Origin: Octopus sinensis
Taxonomy: Eukaryota
Length of the DNA stretch: 64,000 nucleotides
Reading direction: 5' to 3'
Assembly: GCF_006345805.1 (NCBI RefSeq)
Contig: NC_042998.1
Span: forward strand, 85,932,001 to 85,996,000
Shown here: positions 62,297 through 64,000 of the stretch, piece after piece
Layout: each line of letters opens with the position of its first letter
Numbering within the stretch: the first letter of the stretch is position 1
Notes under the pieces: model-generated
Told to the model about the DNA's origin: nothing
The model's input: the letters and a program-made list of their open reading frames with translations, nothing else
Databases searched by the model: none
Made by a program: the position numbers and the translations under genes

Positions 62297-62499
62297 CGGT
62301 TTATTTACTTTATATTAAAATTTTTTATGTATTGATTAAGTCTTTCCTTGTTTGATTTGCAAAATAGTGGTTTTGTCTCGAATTAATATTATATAATATT
62401 TTACTATAAAATTGGATTTAATCCTAATTCTGATTTTTTCCCTGTAAATTTGGATTTATTCCCTAATATTTATTATTATATATATATATATATATACAT

Positions 62500-64000
62500 A
62501 CATACATATTATTGAGTATGGCTATTGCATAAAGCTTAACTGTTACTGGTGCTGTGATCGAATGTGACTTTTTAGCCCAGCTAAAGATCTACAATGTCTT
62601 GTACAAAATTGGCAACTAAAACCTTTACTGGTAATAGCCGGCTGTAGTTGTAACTGGGCTTCATGTACCTTTGCATATCGTTTAAGTCCTCTTGCTGAAT
62701 TACACTCTCTTCCACATGCCCGACAGCTATGATTAGTATGGTGTGTTACACCACCACCAGTGGCCAGGTTGTCACTCATCTGTCTCGTTTTATGACTACG
62801 AAGATGACTCTTGAGTCTAGCTTTACTGAGGCAGGATCTTGCACAGACACTGCATGTCAGCATCAAAGGAAGACCCTTCCCTTCTGGAAGCCTTCAGCAA
62901 GTCCTTATACCTCTTTTTTTGTTTTATGTGGAGGTCGTTCTCCTTTAGCTAACTCTCCATAAAAGAGTTAATTGGCATCCTTGAATCCTTCCTTCTGACC
63001 AGATGACCACTCCATCTGAGCCTTTGCTTTAACACAAGAGCTTCTATACTTTCACACTGAGAGCCTTTGAGTATTTCAAGATCACTGATGCGGTCCTTCC
63101 ACTTAATGCCATAGATCTGTCTGAGGCACGTCTGATGGAAACGCTCCAGTTGTTTAAGGTGGTATTGATATGTGACCCACGTCTCGCAGGCATAGAGAAG
63201 AGAAGGGAGCACACATGCCTTGTACACCTTTATCTTTGTCTTTCTGCATATGTCTTGCCGACTCCAGAGGTGCTTTTCTAGCCTTCTGAAAGCAACACTT
63301 GCTTTCCTAATTCTATATGGAATTTCATCATCCACATTGCCATATCTATTAATAGTGCTTCCCAGGTAAACAAACTGATCAACTACATCAAGTCGTTTAC
63401 CATACACATAGATATTTGGTACACTATACTGCTTACCAGGGGCAGGTTGATGCATGACAACAGTTTTCTTGATATTGACTGTCAATCCTACAGCAGTGCA
63501 AGCATCAGAGAATGCATTCAAAATGTGTTGCATATCAATCTCTGTGTGTGCTACTAGCTCTCAATCATCTGCATACAAAAGGTCTCTTATGATAGAGGTA
63601 AATACCTTTGTTTTTGCAGCAAGGCGCCTGATATTAAATATGCTGCCAGGGGTTCGATAATGGATGTAAACACCGTATCTGCAGTTTCTGAATGCAATAC
63701 AGAACACCATCACGAAATATATGGAAAATAGGGTTGGTGCCAGAATATCCCCCTGTTTCACTCTATTTTGTATTGAAATGGGCTCTGACATTTTCCCTCT
63801 AACATTCACCCTACCATGCATGTCTTCATGAAAAGACTTAACCAAAGCAAGGAACTTTTCAGGACACCCAAATTTCTGGAGGACTTTCCACGATGCTTTT
63901 TATTGACGGTATCAAAGGCTTTTGTCAGATCGACAAAACCTGATACAAATCCAGACCCTGTTCCACACACTTTTCCTGAAGCTGTCTAGCTGAAAAGATC
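62500..64000 (-). mobile_element. BovB-like RTE LINE 3' half with three C-terminal C2H2-like fingers (pseudogenised; continues beyond the window)
   Basis: VKQGDILAPTLFSIYF, DLLYADD followed by a stop, YLGST, LLYACETW, RLRWSGHL. 62543..62866 has CSVC..HLRSH, CRAC..YAKVH and CQFC..HIRSQH. Confidence 0.92.

Overview
AT-rich, microsatellite-saturated metazoan genomic DNA, most likely from Octopus or a close coleoid (inferred from the tRNA/CORE-type SINEs, the RTE families and a lophotrochozoan-like RPS4 retrocopy). I found no intact host gene; the only host-derived coding sequence is a processed RPS4 pseudogene (25485-26142) fused to a SINE. The rest is transposon-derived. LINEs: one open 1038-codon RTE ORF (APE + RT + internal PHD-type finger) with many decayed relatives, a CR1/L2-group LINE with one premature stop, a Tx1 LINE and a BovB-like RTE with three C-terminal C2H2 fingers. 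Other elements: several Penelope-like elements (PLEs), a decayed Ty3/Gypsy, two mariners, a hAT, two Helitrons and a Merlin-like non-autonomous element with an 8-bp TSD. The main unexplained signal is a dense set of type I hammerhead ribozyme (HHR) motifs: about 13 complete or single-mutant motifs plus 2-3 half-motifs, from roughly 7 unrelated sequence families, all complete motifs having a self-complementary AC..GT stem III. The standout is 47098-48710, a non-coding 603-bp HHR-bearing unit arrayed in tandem and inverted. Its geometry fits twin-primed reverse transcription of an RNA about 2.65 units long (concatemer or circle), making it a candidate retrozyme-like/circular-RNA element. All alignments and folds were done by eye, so boundaries of decayed elements are approximate.
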